From assembly GCA_964016885.1 (NCBI GenBank), contig OZ024740.1, positions 430,962,001 through 431,026,000 on the forward strand: a stretch of 64,000 nt of DNA, written 5' to 3'. Source of the DNA: Eledone cirrhosa. Lineage: Eukaryota. The notes beneath the pieces are model-generated. The model saw only the letters and a program-made list of their open reading frames with translations, searched no databases and was not told the DNA's origin. Below are positions 54,001 to 64,000 of the stretch, piece by piece. The position numbers and the translations under genes are program-made. The stretch's first letter is position 1. The number at the start of each line of letters is the position of its first letter.

Positions 54001-56548
54001 GGTGTCTGTTTGTCATGTCTACCTGGGGTCTGTTTTTCAGTCCTACCTGGGGTCTGTTTGTCAGGTCTATCTGGGGTCTGTTTGTCAGTCCTACCTGGGG
54101 TCTGTTTGTCAGTCCTACCTGGGGTGTGTTTGTCAGGTCTACCTGGGGTCTGTTTGTCAGGTCTACTGGAGTCTGTTTGTCAGGTCTACTGGGGTCTGTT
54201 TGTCAGGTCTACCTGGGGTCTGTTTGTCAGTCCTACCTGGGGTATGTTTGTCAGTCCTACCTGGGATCTGTTTGTCAGGTCTACTGGGGTCTCTTTGTCA
54301 GGTCTACTGGGGTCTGTTTGTCAGGTCTACTGGGGTCTGTTTGTCAGGTCTACCTGGGGTCTGTTTGTCAGTCCTACCTGGGGTCTGTTTGTCAGGTCTA
54401 CTGGGGTCTGTTTGTAAGATCTACCTGGGGTCTGTTTCTCAGGTCTACCTGGGGTCTCTTTGTCAGGTCTACATGGGGCCTGTCTGTCAGTCCTACCTGG
54501 GGTCTGTTTGTCAGTCCTACCTGGGGTCTGTTTGTCAGGTCAACCTGGGGTCTGTCTGTCAGGTCTACCTGGGGTCTGTTTGTCAGATCTACCTGGGGTC
54601 TGTTTGTCAGTCCTACCTGGGGTCTGTTTGTAAGGTCTACCTGGGGTCTGTTTGTCAGGTCGCCCTGGGGTCTGTCTGTCAGTCCTACCTGGGGTCTGTT
54701 TGTCAGGTCTACCTGGGGTCTGTTTGTCAGTCCTACCTGGGGTCTGTTTGTCAGGTCTATCTGGGGTCTGTCTGTCAGTCCTACCTGGGGTCTGTTTGTC
54801 AGGTCTACTGGGGTCTGTTTGTCAGGTCTACCTGGGGTCTGTTTCTCAGGTCTACCTGGGGTCTGTTTGTCAGGTCTACCTGGGGTCTGTCTGTCAGTCC
54901 TACCTGGGGTCTGTTTGTCAGTTCGACCTGGGGTCTGTTTGTCAGGTCTTCCTGGGGTCTGTTTGTCAGTCCTACCTGGGGTCTGTTTGTCAGTCCTACC
55001 TGGGGTCTGTTTGTCAGGTCTACCTGGGGTCTGTTTGTCAGTCCTACCTGGGGTCTGTTTGTCAGGTCTACCTGGGATCTGTTTGTCAGTCCCAACTGCG
55101 GTCTGTCTGTCAGTCCTACCTGTGGTCTGTCTGTCAGTCCTACCTGGGGTCTGTCTGTCAGTCCTACCTGGCGTCTGTTTGTCAGGTCTACCTGGGGTCT
55201 GTTTGTCAGGTCTACCTGGGGTCTGTTTGTCAGGTCTACCTGGGGTCTGTTTGTCAGGTCTACCTGGGGTCGGTTTGTCAGTCTTACCTGTGGTCTCTTT
55301 GTCAGGTCTACCTGGGGTCTGTTTCTCAGGTCTACCTGGGGTCTGTTTGTCAGTCCTACCTGGGGTCTGTTTGTCAGTCCTACCTGGGGTCTGTTTGTCA
55401 GTCCTACCTGGGGTCTGTCTGTCAGTCCTACCTGTGGTCTGTTTGTCAGTCCTACCTGAGGTCTGTCTGTCAGGTCAACCTGGGGTCTTTTTGTCAGGTC
55501 TACCTGGGGTCTGTTTGTCAGGTCTACCTGGGGTCTGTCTGTCAGTCCTACCTGGGGTCTGTCTGTCAGTCCTACCTGGGGTCTGTTTGTCAGTCCTACC
55601 TGGGGTCTGTTTCTCAGGTCTACCTGGGGTCTGTCTATCAGTCCTACCTAGGGTCTGTCTGTCAGATCTACCTGGGGTCTGTTTGTCAGTCCTATCTGGG
55701 GTCTGTTTGTCAGTCCTACCTGGGGTCTGTTTGTCAGGTCTACCTGGGGTCTGTTTGTCAGTCCTACCTGGGGTCTGTTTGTCAGGTCTACCTGGGGTCT
55801 GTTTGTCAGTCCTACCTGGGGTCTGTTTGTCAGGTCTACCTGGGGTCTGTTTATCAGTCCTACCTGGGGTCTGTTTGTCAGGTCTACCTGGGGTCTGTTT
55901 GTCAGGTCTACCTGGGGTCTGTCTGTCAGGTCACCTGGGGTCTGTCTGTCAGTCCTACCTGGCGTCTGTTTGTCAGTCGTACCTGGGGTCTGTTTGTCAG
56001 GTCTACCTGGGGTCTGTCTGTCAGGTCACCTGGGGTCTGTCTGTCAGTCCTACCTGGCGTCTGTCTGTCAGTCCTACCTGGGGTCTGTTTGTCAGTCCTA
56101 CCTGGGGTCTGTTTCTCAGGTCTAACTGGGATCTGTTTGTCAGTCCTACCTGGGGTCTGTTTGTCAGTCCTACCTGGGGTCTGTTTGTCAGGTCTAACTG
56201 GGATCTGTTTGTCAGTCCTACCTGGGGTCTGTTTGTCAGTCCTACCTGGGGTCTGTTTGTCAAGTCTAACTGGGATCTGTTTGTCAGTCCTACCTGGGGT
56301 CTGTTTGTCAGTCCTACCTGGGGTCTGTTTGTCAGTCCTACTTGGGGTTTGTTTCTCAGCTCTACCTGGGGTCTGTTTCTCAGCTCTACCTGGGGTCTGT
56401 TTGTCAGTCCTACTTGGGGTTTGTTTCTCAGCTCTACCTGGGGTCTGTTTGTCAGTCCTACCTGGGGTCTGTTTGTCAGTCCTACCTGGGGTCTGTTTGT
56501 CAGTCCTACCTGGGGACTGTCTGTCAGTCCTACCTTGCGTCTGTCTGT
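51060..56548 (+). repeat. 24-bp minisatellite (GTCAG[TC/GT]CTACCTGGGGTCTGT[T/C]T), ~230 copies
   Basis: Direct 24-bp periodicity. Two dominant variants, cagtcctacc and caggtctacc, with occasional 20-, 22- and 23-bp units. Confidence 0.98.
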
Positions 56549-56772
56549 TATGACGTTCTAGCAACTCTACCATTCTATATGACGTTCTAGCAACTCTACC
56601 ATTCTATATGACGTTCTAACAACTCTACCATTCTATCTGATGCTCTAACATCTCTACCATTCTATATGACGTTCTAGCAACTCTACCATTCTATCTGACG
56701 TTCTAGCAACTCTACCATTCTATCTGACGTTCTAACATCTCTACTATTCTATATGACGTTCTAGCAACTCTA
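56549..56772 (+). repeat. 29-bp minisatellite remnant (~7.5 copies), duplicate
   Basis: Copy of 46354-46577. Confidence 0.95.
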
Positions 56773-56791
56773 AGAGTTCACCACATCTAAC

Positions 56792-56958
56792 AATAATTGT
56801 TTCTACTTTTGGCACAAGGCCAGCAATTGCCCAGTGCATTACTGGTACTTTATTTTATCGACCTCGTAAGGATGAAAGGCAAAGTTAACCTCGGTGGGAT
56901 TTGAACTCAGAATGGAAAGGGCCGTAACTCTATGCATCAAAGCATGGCGTCCGACCCT
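56792..56958 (-). mobile_element. tRNA-derived SINE, duplicate
   Basis: Copy of 46597-46763. Confidence 0.85.
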
Positions 56959-57672
56959 TGTTTCACATCCGCTTTTCCTGCTAGTAAAGGTTGGACAATA
57001 ATAATAATAATAAAGATATGAACCTATATTCTTCAAGAAATCTATATGGGATGAACATCACCACCACTATCACCATCATCACAATCACCACCATAACCAT
57101 CATCACCACAATCATCATCATCATTGTTGTCTATTTTCCACACTATATTACCCCCTCAGTCATTACCAACATATTATTCCCAACACCAATACAAAGTCCT
57201 CTTTATATTCCACTAACCTACCTTCCTCTTGTCACATTTTCTACTTCGACATGTGACTAACATTCACCTTCTATATTTATTGACTCTAAATAATTTCCCA
57301 CAGTCAATTGTGATTACATCAGAGCCACAACAATAAACCCTGATCTTGATTTTTGTTTTCTAGTTTTCTTAACAAAGACATCAGAGTCGGATATTTTAAA
57401 GTCATTTAACATTGACACGTGAGCTTTGAAATACACATCCTACACACATAGCTACAGACAGTACATACACTACTAAACTACAGTCATTACCCACAATCGA
57501 GTATGACTTGGTAGTATATACCATGTTTTACTATACACATCCTACACACATAGCTACACTCATGACACACACATATTCACATAAGAATGAATAGCTTTTT
57601 ACATATATAAAAATATATCAACAAATAATTATGCCTGAATATATACACATTTCACATACATTGTATATATGG

Positions 57673-58445
57673 TAAATTCCCGAGATCGATGGACGAGTTC
57701 TCTCCAGCGGTCTCTGTCCTGCATCATCGCTGCTATGTCCTGCCTCTCCCAGAGACCAGTGCCTGTCCTTAGGGTATCAATATATGTCAACCTTGGTCTC
57801 CCTGTTCTAGTGTCTAGTGTGTCCGTGTAGGGGCTCCTACAGGAGCACTGAGTGCAGTGTCAACTCTGGATGTCGGTGAGCATGTCCAGCTAACCTCAGT
57901 CTCCTCTGTGTTACTTTCGAGCTGACATTTGGGAGGCTCCCGTACAGCTCTGAGTTCTTCATCCTCAGTGTATACTGATTAATTTTCAGAGCCATCCTCG
58001 GCATTCTCGTATAGCACCCATCCACCATCTGAGTGAGTTTCTTGGTCAGTGTCCAAGTCTCAGACCCGTACAGCAACACAGACTCCACTACAGCAATGAA
58101 GAGACGGATCTTCAGGTCTTTACAAAAGTCCGACTTCCACACCGATCTCAAGCTGCGGCACACTGCCAGGCTTTGGTCTTCCTCTCCATTACATCATCCT
58201 CTGTGTTCCCAATCTTTGCTCCCAGATACAGGGAGTCCTCAACCAACTCTAGCGGCTTCCCACCTACTTTCATAATCTTCTCTGGCATCTTAATATTCTC
58301 TACCAGATACTTTGTCTTAATCTCATTCATTCTCAACCCCACACTCATCGACACAGTCTCCACCTCCTGCATCAAATCTTCTGCCTCCTTCACAGTGTTT
58401 GTCACCAGAACTATGTTGTCAGGAAATTCAGCATCTGATATCTTT
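57673..58445 (-). mobile_element. Decayed RTE-like LINE fragment, duplicate
   Basis: Copy of 47478-48250. ORFs 57837-58163 and 58148-58405. Confidence 0.9.
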
Positions 58446-58829
58446 TATATATATATCTGATATATATGTAAGCTTATTAGCTATCATCAGCATCGTATAC
58501 CTTCCTGTCAGATGATTGAACGTCTGAAAGTATATACTTTCCTTATGCATATTAACAGCTGAGCAGCCTAATTTGCATATCGAGTGAGTTAGTTGGCCGG
58601 GGTACCGAAAACGATAAATGGAAAAGAATGAAATGAAATTTCATTTCTCAGTCTTAGTACGGCTGATACTTAAATATAAGTATGTATACATACATACATA
58701 TATGTATACAGGCGTACAGTAGTATGTATATATATATATACATACATGCACACATATATATATGTACGTATGGGTTTACCGAACATTTATTATAATGTTC
58801 GGTTTGTTTGTAAACAAACAGCCCGAATT

Positions 58830-58951
58830 AAGCCGTACAGTGTTCGGCAACCATCGTTGCCCTAATAGCTAAGAAGCTTGAAACTATTTCAACGTTCCTT
58901 TGTCAGTGTTGAACAAAAAGGCGACGATTGTTGCCGAACACTGTACGGCTT
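58830..58951. mobile_element. MITE-like inverted-repeat element, duplicate
   Basis: Copy of 48635-48756. Confidence 0.65.
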
Positions 58952-58965
58952 CATGACTTTACTTA

Positions 58966-59359
58966 AATAATTGTTTCTACTTTTGGCACAAGGCCAGCAA
59001 TTACCCAGTGCATTACTGGTACTTTATTTTATCGATCCCGTAAGGATGAAAGGCAAAGTTAACCTCGGCGGTATTTGAACTCAGAATGGCAAGGGCCATA
59101 ACTCTATGCTGCAAAGCATGGCGTCCGACCCTCTAGCGATACTGCCAATACCCCGCCCTTCGTCGAAGTAATAATTGTTTCTACTTTAGGCACAAGGCCA
59201 GCAATTACCCAGTGCATTACTGGTACTTTATTTTATCGATCCCGTAAGGATGAAAGGCAAAGTTAACCTCGGCGGTATTTGAACTCAGAATGGCAAGGGC
59301 CATAACTCTATGCTGCAAAGCATGGCGTCCGACCCTCTACCGATACTGCCAATCCACCA
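58966..59359 (-). mobile_element. Tandem SINE pair, duplicate
   Basis: Copy of 48771-49164. Confidence 0.87.
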
Positions 59360-59894
59360 AGTAATAATGGTGAGTAGGTAGATGTATAAAATACTAATGA
59401 CAGTAATGATAATAACATGAAAAGAAATATGATATACAATATATGATATGTGAAATGTTGGTCTCTTGTAGATTGGTGAGTTGAGGCCGTGCTAATATAG
59501 TGGATTGAATTCATGAATTGGCGAAATAAAAGTGATAAAAAATAATAAAGGATTAAAATAAAAAGTAAAAGAAAAAATAAAGAATAAGGATTCTAAGATA
59601 AAACATAAAAGATAGGAATGAAAATCAGAGAAGAGTAAATAGATAAATAGGGAATAAAAAGTAAAAGGGACAGTGATGATATGTAGGTGATTCAGGTAGG
59701 AGTAGATTGACTGTTTTATCTTAATAGAGGTGATAAGACTATAGAGAGAAAAGGAAAGAAAGGTTAAGGGATTCCTGAGGTTGATTTAATGACCAGTTGG
59801 TCAGTTGACAGCTAATAACAGTGGAGCGGTGTAAAGTTGGTACATTTTAATCCGGGTGGTTTCGACTGAATACTGACATCGCTGGATCAAATTA

Positions 59895-60335
59895 TGCCGG
59901 TCACAGTTTGAAGTTGCAAAATTTGGTGGCTGCTTTGTGTCAGTTTGCTCTATCTTGTTATTAAGCAATATTTTATGTAAATGCTAAAGGGTTCTTTTAT
60001 AAGTCTGTCAGTAACATTTGGGGTTCATATACGAAATACAGAATTTAAGGATTCTTTGAAAGATAATAGTTTCTTACCAGTTCCATACACTGAACACTGC
60101 AGTTCCTGGGCCTTTGGATCACCCCACAATTCTGAAAAAATTGAAATCTTTATGGAGCAGCTCCATATTGCATAGTCTGCAGTGGGACATTCCCTTTCTG
60201 TAGGCCCTTACGTTCGATAACTTCGACCAGCTAATCTCATATTCCTGATTGATGTCCTTAAGCTGCCAGATTTTATTGGCCTGCGTCGTTGTATTCCCAA
60301 GTTTACGGTTTTTTATGGAGTGTCTGAAGCATATA
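59895..60335 (-). mobile_element. Penelope-like GIY-YIG fragment, duplicate
   Basis: Copy of 49700-50140. Confidence 0.7.
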
Positions 60336-60344
60336 GACAATATG

Positions 60345-60632
60345 CCCCCACACCCTTCCACTGTAAAGTGGTCGTGGAGGTGCCACGGCAAAAAAGCATC
60401 CAGCCCACACTGTAAAGTGGATGTGTAGGTGCCACGGAAAAAAAGCAACCACCACTCACTGTAAATGAGGTTGGTGTTAGGAAGGGCATCCACCTGTAGA
60501 AATCAAACCAGAATCAGTTCCCGTATGAGCAAGACAGGGTCAGCCGACCGGACACTACCTACAACAGGACAACCCGTCTAACCCATGCTAGCATGGAAGA
60601 AGGGACGTAAAACGATGATGATGATGATGATG
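60345..60632 (+). mobile_element. SINE 3' portion with (GAT)n tail, duplicate
   Basis: Copy of 50150-50437. Confidence 0.7.
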
Positions 60633-60775
60633 TTTAAACTTTTAAGATACTTCTGAATTTATATTTTATTTTTGCATTTGTCTATTTTCTATGATGACTG
60701 TGTCTATGCACATACCATCTTTTTTTTAAATCGCCAGCCTTAGAACCAATGTAGTGGCATGCTAGGTTGCCAGAT

Positions 60776-60816
60776 TTGATAGTGCACAGGTATACTATGT
60801 ACCTGTGCACTATCAA
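60776..60816. other. 17-bp inverted repeat, duplicate
   Basis: Copy of 50581-50621. Confidence 0.9.
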
Positions 60817-60835
60817 GGGCCGAAAGACTTCTCTG

Positions 60836-61037
60836 AAGACCTTCTTGCTCGAAGCCTACTCCTGGGCCTACAGGCAGTTGATTTTACCTGTAAATCTGTT
60901 CAGCAATTCTTTCTTGAGACATTTTAACTAAATACCTGTAATATCAGAGGTGTGTACTCTCAATTCAGAGAGGTAGCGGCTCTACATGAAGTGAGTTTGC
61001 CCTTCAGAAGAAACCCATTTCAACTGCTTATATTTAC
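60836..61037 (-). mobile_element. RTE fragment, duplicate
   Basis: Copy of 50641-50842. Confidence 0.85.
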
Positions 61038-61254
61038 AAGGGCCTGTTACCATGTGGGAACACAGGAAGGACCCCACTATTTTTCAATGGTCTACCCATA
61101 AATTTAGAGGTTATGATTATAGTCTTATTCTGAAACTGTGCCTTAGAATTATCATGGATAAGAGTGTCCACCTGGAATGTTCTGAAGCTGTTATCGAGCT
61201 CCAAATCCTTGTGATGGGCCTGGGGTGTTCTTGATCAGGTTTGTCTGGGTTCTG

Positions 61255-64000
61255 TGTTGTCAGGTCTAACTGGGGTCTGTTTCTCAGGTCTACCTGGGGT
61301 CTGTTTCTCAGGTTTACCTGGGGTCTGTTTGTCAGTCCAACTTGGGGTCTGTCTGTCAGTCCTACCTGGGGTCTGTTTGTCAGGTCTACCTGGGGTCTGT
61401 TTCTCAGGTCTACCTGTGGTTTGTCTGTCAGGTCTACCTGGGGTCTGTTTGTCAGGTCTACCTGGGGTCTGACTGTCAGTCCTACCTGGGGTCTGTTTGT
61501 CAGTCCTACCTGGGGTCGCTTTGTCAAGTCTAGCTGCGGTCTGTTTCTCAGTTCTACTTGGGGTCTGTCTGTCAGTCCTACCTGGGGTCTCTTTGTCAGT
61601 CCTACCTGGGTTCTCTTTGTCAGTTCTACCTGGGATCTTCTTGATCAGGTTTGTCTAAGGTCTGTTCCTCAGGTCTACCTGGGGTCTGTTTGTCAGTCCT
61701 ACCTGGGGTCTGTTTGTCAGTCCTACCTAGGGTCTGTTTGTCAGTCCTACCTGGGGTCTGTCTGTCAGTCCTACCTGGGGTCTGTTTGTCAGTCCTACCT
61801 GGGGTCTGTTTGTCAGTCCTACCTGGGGTCTGTCTGTCAGGTCTACCTGGGGTCTGTCTGTCAGGTCTACCTGCGGTCTGTTTGTCAGGTCTACCTGGGG
61901 TCTGTTTTTCAGGTCTACCTGGGGTCTGTTTGTCAGTCCTACCTGGGGTCTGTCTGTCAGTCCTACCTGGGGTCTGTCTGTCAGTCCTACCTCGGGTCTG
62001 TTTCTAAGGTCTACCTGGGGTCTGTTTCTCAGGTCTACCTTGGTTCTGTTTGTCAGTCCTACCTGGGGTTTGTTTGTCAGTCCTACCTGGGGTCTGTCTG
62101 TCAGGTCTACCTGGGGTTTGTTTGTCAGGTCTACCTGGGGTCTGTTTGTCAGGTCTACCTGGGGTCTGTCTGTCAGTCCTATCTGGGGTCTGTCTGTCAG
62201 TTCTACCTGGGGTCTGTTTGTCAGTCCTACCTGGGGTCTGTTTGTCAGGTCTACCTGGGGTCTGTCTGTCAGTCCTACCTGGGGTCTGTTTGTCAGTCCT
62301 ACCAGGGGTCTGTTTGTCAGGTCTACCTGGGGTCTGTCTGTCAGTCCTACCTGGGGTCTGTTTGTCAGGTCTACCTGGGGTCTGTCTGTCAGTCCTATCT
62401 GGGGTCTGTCTGTCAGTCCTACCTGGGGTCTGTTTGTCAGTCCTACCAGGGGTCTGTTTGTCAGGTCTACCTGGGGTCTGTCTGTCAGTCCTACCTGGGG
62501 TCTGTCTGTCAGTCATACCTGGGGTCTGTTTGTCAGTCCTACCTGGGGTCTGTCTGTTAGTCCTACCTGGGGTCTGTTTCTCAGCTCTAACTGGGGTCTG
62601 TTTGTCAGTCCTACCTGGGATCTGTTTGTCAGTCCTACCTGGGGTCTGTCTGTCAGTCCTTCCTCGGGTCTGTTTCTCATGTCTACCTGGGGTCTGTTTC
62701 TCAGCTCTACCTGGGGTCTGTCTGTCAGTCCTACCTGGCGTTTGTTTGTCAGTCCTACATGGGGTCTGTCTGTCAGTCCTTCCTCGGGTCTGTTTCTCAT
62801 GTTTACCTGGGGTCTGTTTCTCAGCTCTACCTGGGGTCTGTCTGTCAGTCTTACCTGGGGTCTGTTTGTCAGTCATACCTGGGGTCTGTTTGTCAGTCCT
62901 ACCTGGGGTCTGTCTGTCAGTCCTACCTGGGTTCTGTCTGTCAGTCCTACCTGGGGTCTGTTTGTAAGTCCTACCTGGGGTCTGTTTCTCAGGTCTACCT
63001 GGGGTCTGTCTATCAGTCCTACCTGGGGTCTGTCTGTCAGATCTACCTGGGGTCTGTTTGTCAGTCCTATCTGGGGTCTGTTTGTCAGTCCTACCTGGGG
63101 TCTGTCTGTTAGTCCTACCTGGGGTCTGTTTGTCAGGTCTACCTGGGGTCTGTCTGTCAGATCTACCTGGGGTCTGTCTGTCAGTCCTACCTGGGGTCTG
63201 TTTGTCAGTCCTACCTGGGGTCTGTTTCTCAGGTCTACCTGGGGTCTGTTTGTCAGTCCTACCTGTGGTCTGTCTGTCAGGTCAACCTGGGGTCTTTTTG
63301 TCTGGTCTATCTGGGGTCTGTTTGTCAGGTCTACCTGGGGTCTGTTTGTCAGGTCTACCTGGGGTCTGTCTGTCATTCCTATCTGGGGTCTGTCTGTCAG
63401 TCCTACTTGGGGTCTGCTTGTCAGTCCTACCTGGGGTCTGTTTCTCATGTCTACCTGGGGTCTGTTTCTCAGCTCTACCTGGGGTCTGTCTGTCAGTCCT
63501 ACCTGGGGTCTGTTTGTCAGTCATACCTGGGGTCTGTTTCTCAGGTCTACCTGGGATCTGTTTGTCAGTCCTACCTGGGGTCTGTTCGTCAGTCCTACCT
63601 GGGGTCTGTTTGTCAGGTCTACCTGGGGACTGTCTGTCAGTCCTACCTGCGGTCTACATGTCAGTCCTACCTGGGGTCGGTTTGTCAGTCCTACCTGGGG
63701 ACTGTCCTTCAGTCCTACCTGGCGTCTGTCTGTTAGTCCTACCTGGGGTCTGTTTCTCAGGTCTACCTGGGGTCTGTTTGTCAGTCCTACCTGGGGTCTG
63801 TTTGTCAGTCTTACCTGGGATCTGTTTGTCAGTCCTACCTGGGGTCTGTCAGTCCTACCTGGGGTCTGTCTGTCAGTCCTACCTGGGGTCTGTTTGTCAG
63901 TCCTACCTGGGGTCTGTTTCTCATGTCTACCTGGTGTCTGTCTGTCAGTCCTACCTGGGGTCTGTTTGTCAGTCCTACCTGGGGGCTGTTTCTAACGTCT
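61255..64000 (+). repeat. 24-bp minisatellite, duplicate (open at right window edge)
   Basis: Copy of 51060-53805 including rare variants. Confidence 0.98.

Larger units (their letters stand above)
46354..56548 (+). repeat. 10,195-bp tandem duplication unit, copy 1
   Basis: ORFs recur with identical translation at +10195 (46644/56839, 47642/57837, 49924/60119, 51046/61241, 51845/62040). Nucleotide landmarks agree (46566 vs 56761). Confidence 0.97.
56549..64000 (+). repeat. 10,195-bp tandem duplication unit, copy 2 (truncated by window edge)
   Basis: Matches 46354-53805 at +10195 in every segment I compared. Confidence 0.97.

Noticed and set aside
51060-56548. YLGSV frame of the 24-mer as the RT 'F.YLGS' motif
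   Set aside because: It reads on the + strand while the adjacent RTE fragment is on the minus strand, and no flanking RT residues are in frame. Treated as coincidence.
51060-56548. Telomeric or G-quadruplex array (GGGG every 24 bp)
   Set aside because: It is not TTAGGG-like, and 20-nt loops make a stable intramolecular G4 doubtful.
51046-56590. Long ORFs up to 1232 aa in the 24-bp array
   Set aside because: The unit is stop-free in five of six frames, so overlapping ORFs appear together and switch peptide at indels. There is no non-repetitive domain.
1-64000. CRISPR array
   Set aside because: Units of 24-29 bp are contiguous with no unique spacers, there are no cas genes, and the context is eukaryotic.

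Overview
Non-coding, repeat-saturated eukaryotic DNA. The SINE sequences resemble octopod cephalopod SINEs, but that is recalled, not searched. I can support no host protein-coding gene. Positions 1-44232 are a ~1,640-copy 27-bp satellite (GCAGATGATATAGTGTTACTTAACTTA) with kb-scale higher-order duplications. Its monomer reads ADDIVLLNL, the (Y/F)ADD catalytic motif of a LINE reverse transcriptase, and the array runs in frame into the downstream half of a decayed RTE-clade LINE (44233-44940). Next is a tRNA-derived SINE whose 29-bp head segment is expanded ~50 times in place (45100-46577). After that comes a 10,195-bp unit (46354-56548), repeated in tandem from 56549 to the window end. The unit carries SINEs, two more RTE-like LINE fragments, a Penelope-like GIY-YIG fragment, a MITE-like inverted repeat and a 5.5-kb 24-bp minisatellite. 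The main observation is that tandem arrays here appear to be seeded inside retroelements, at every stage from 2 copies to more than 1,600.
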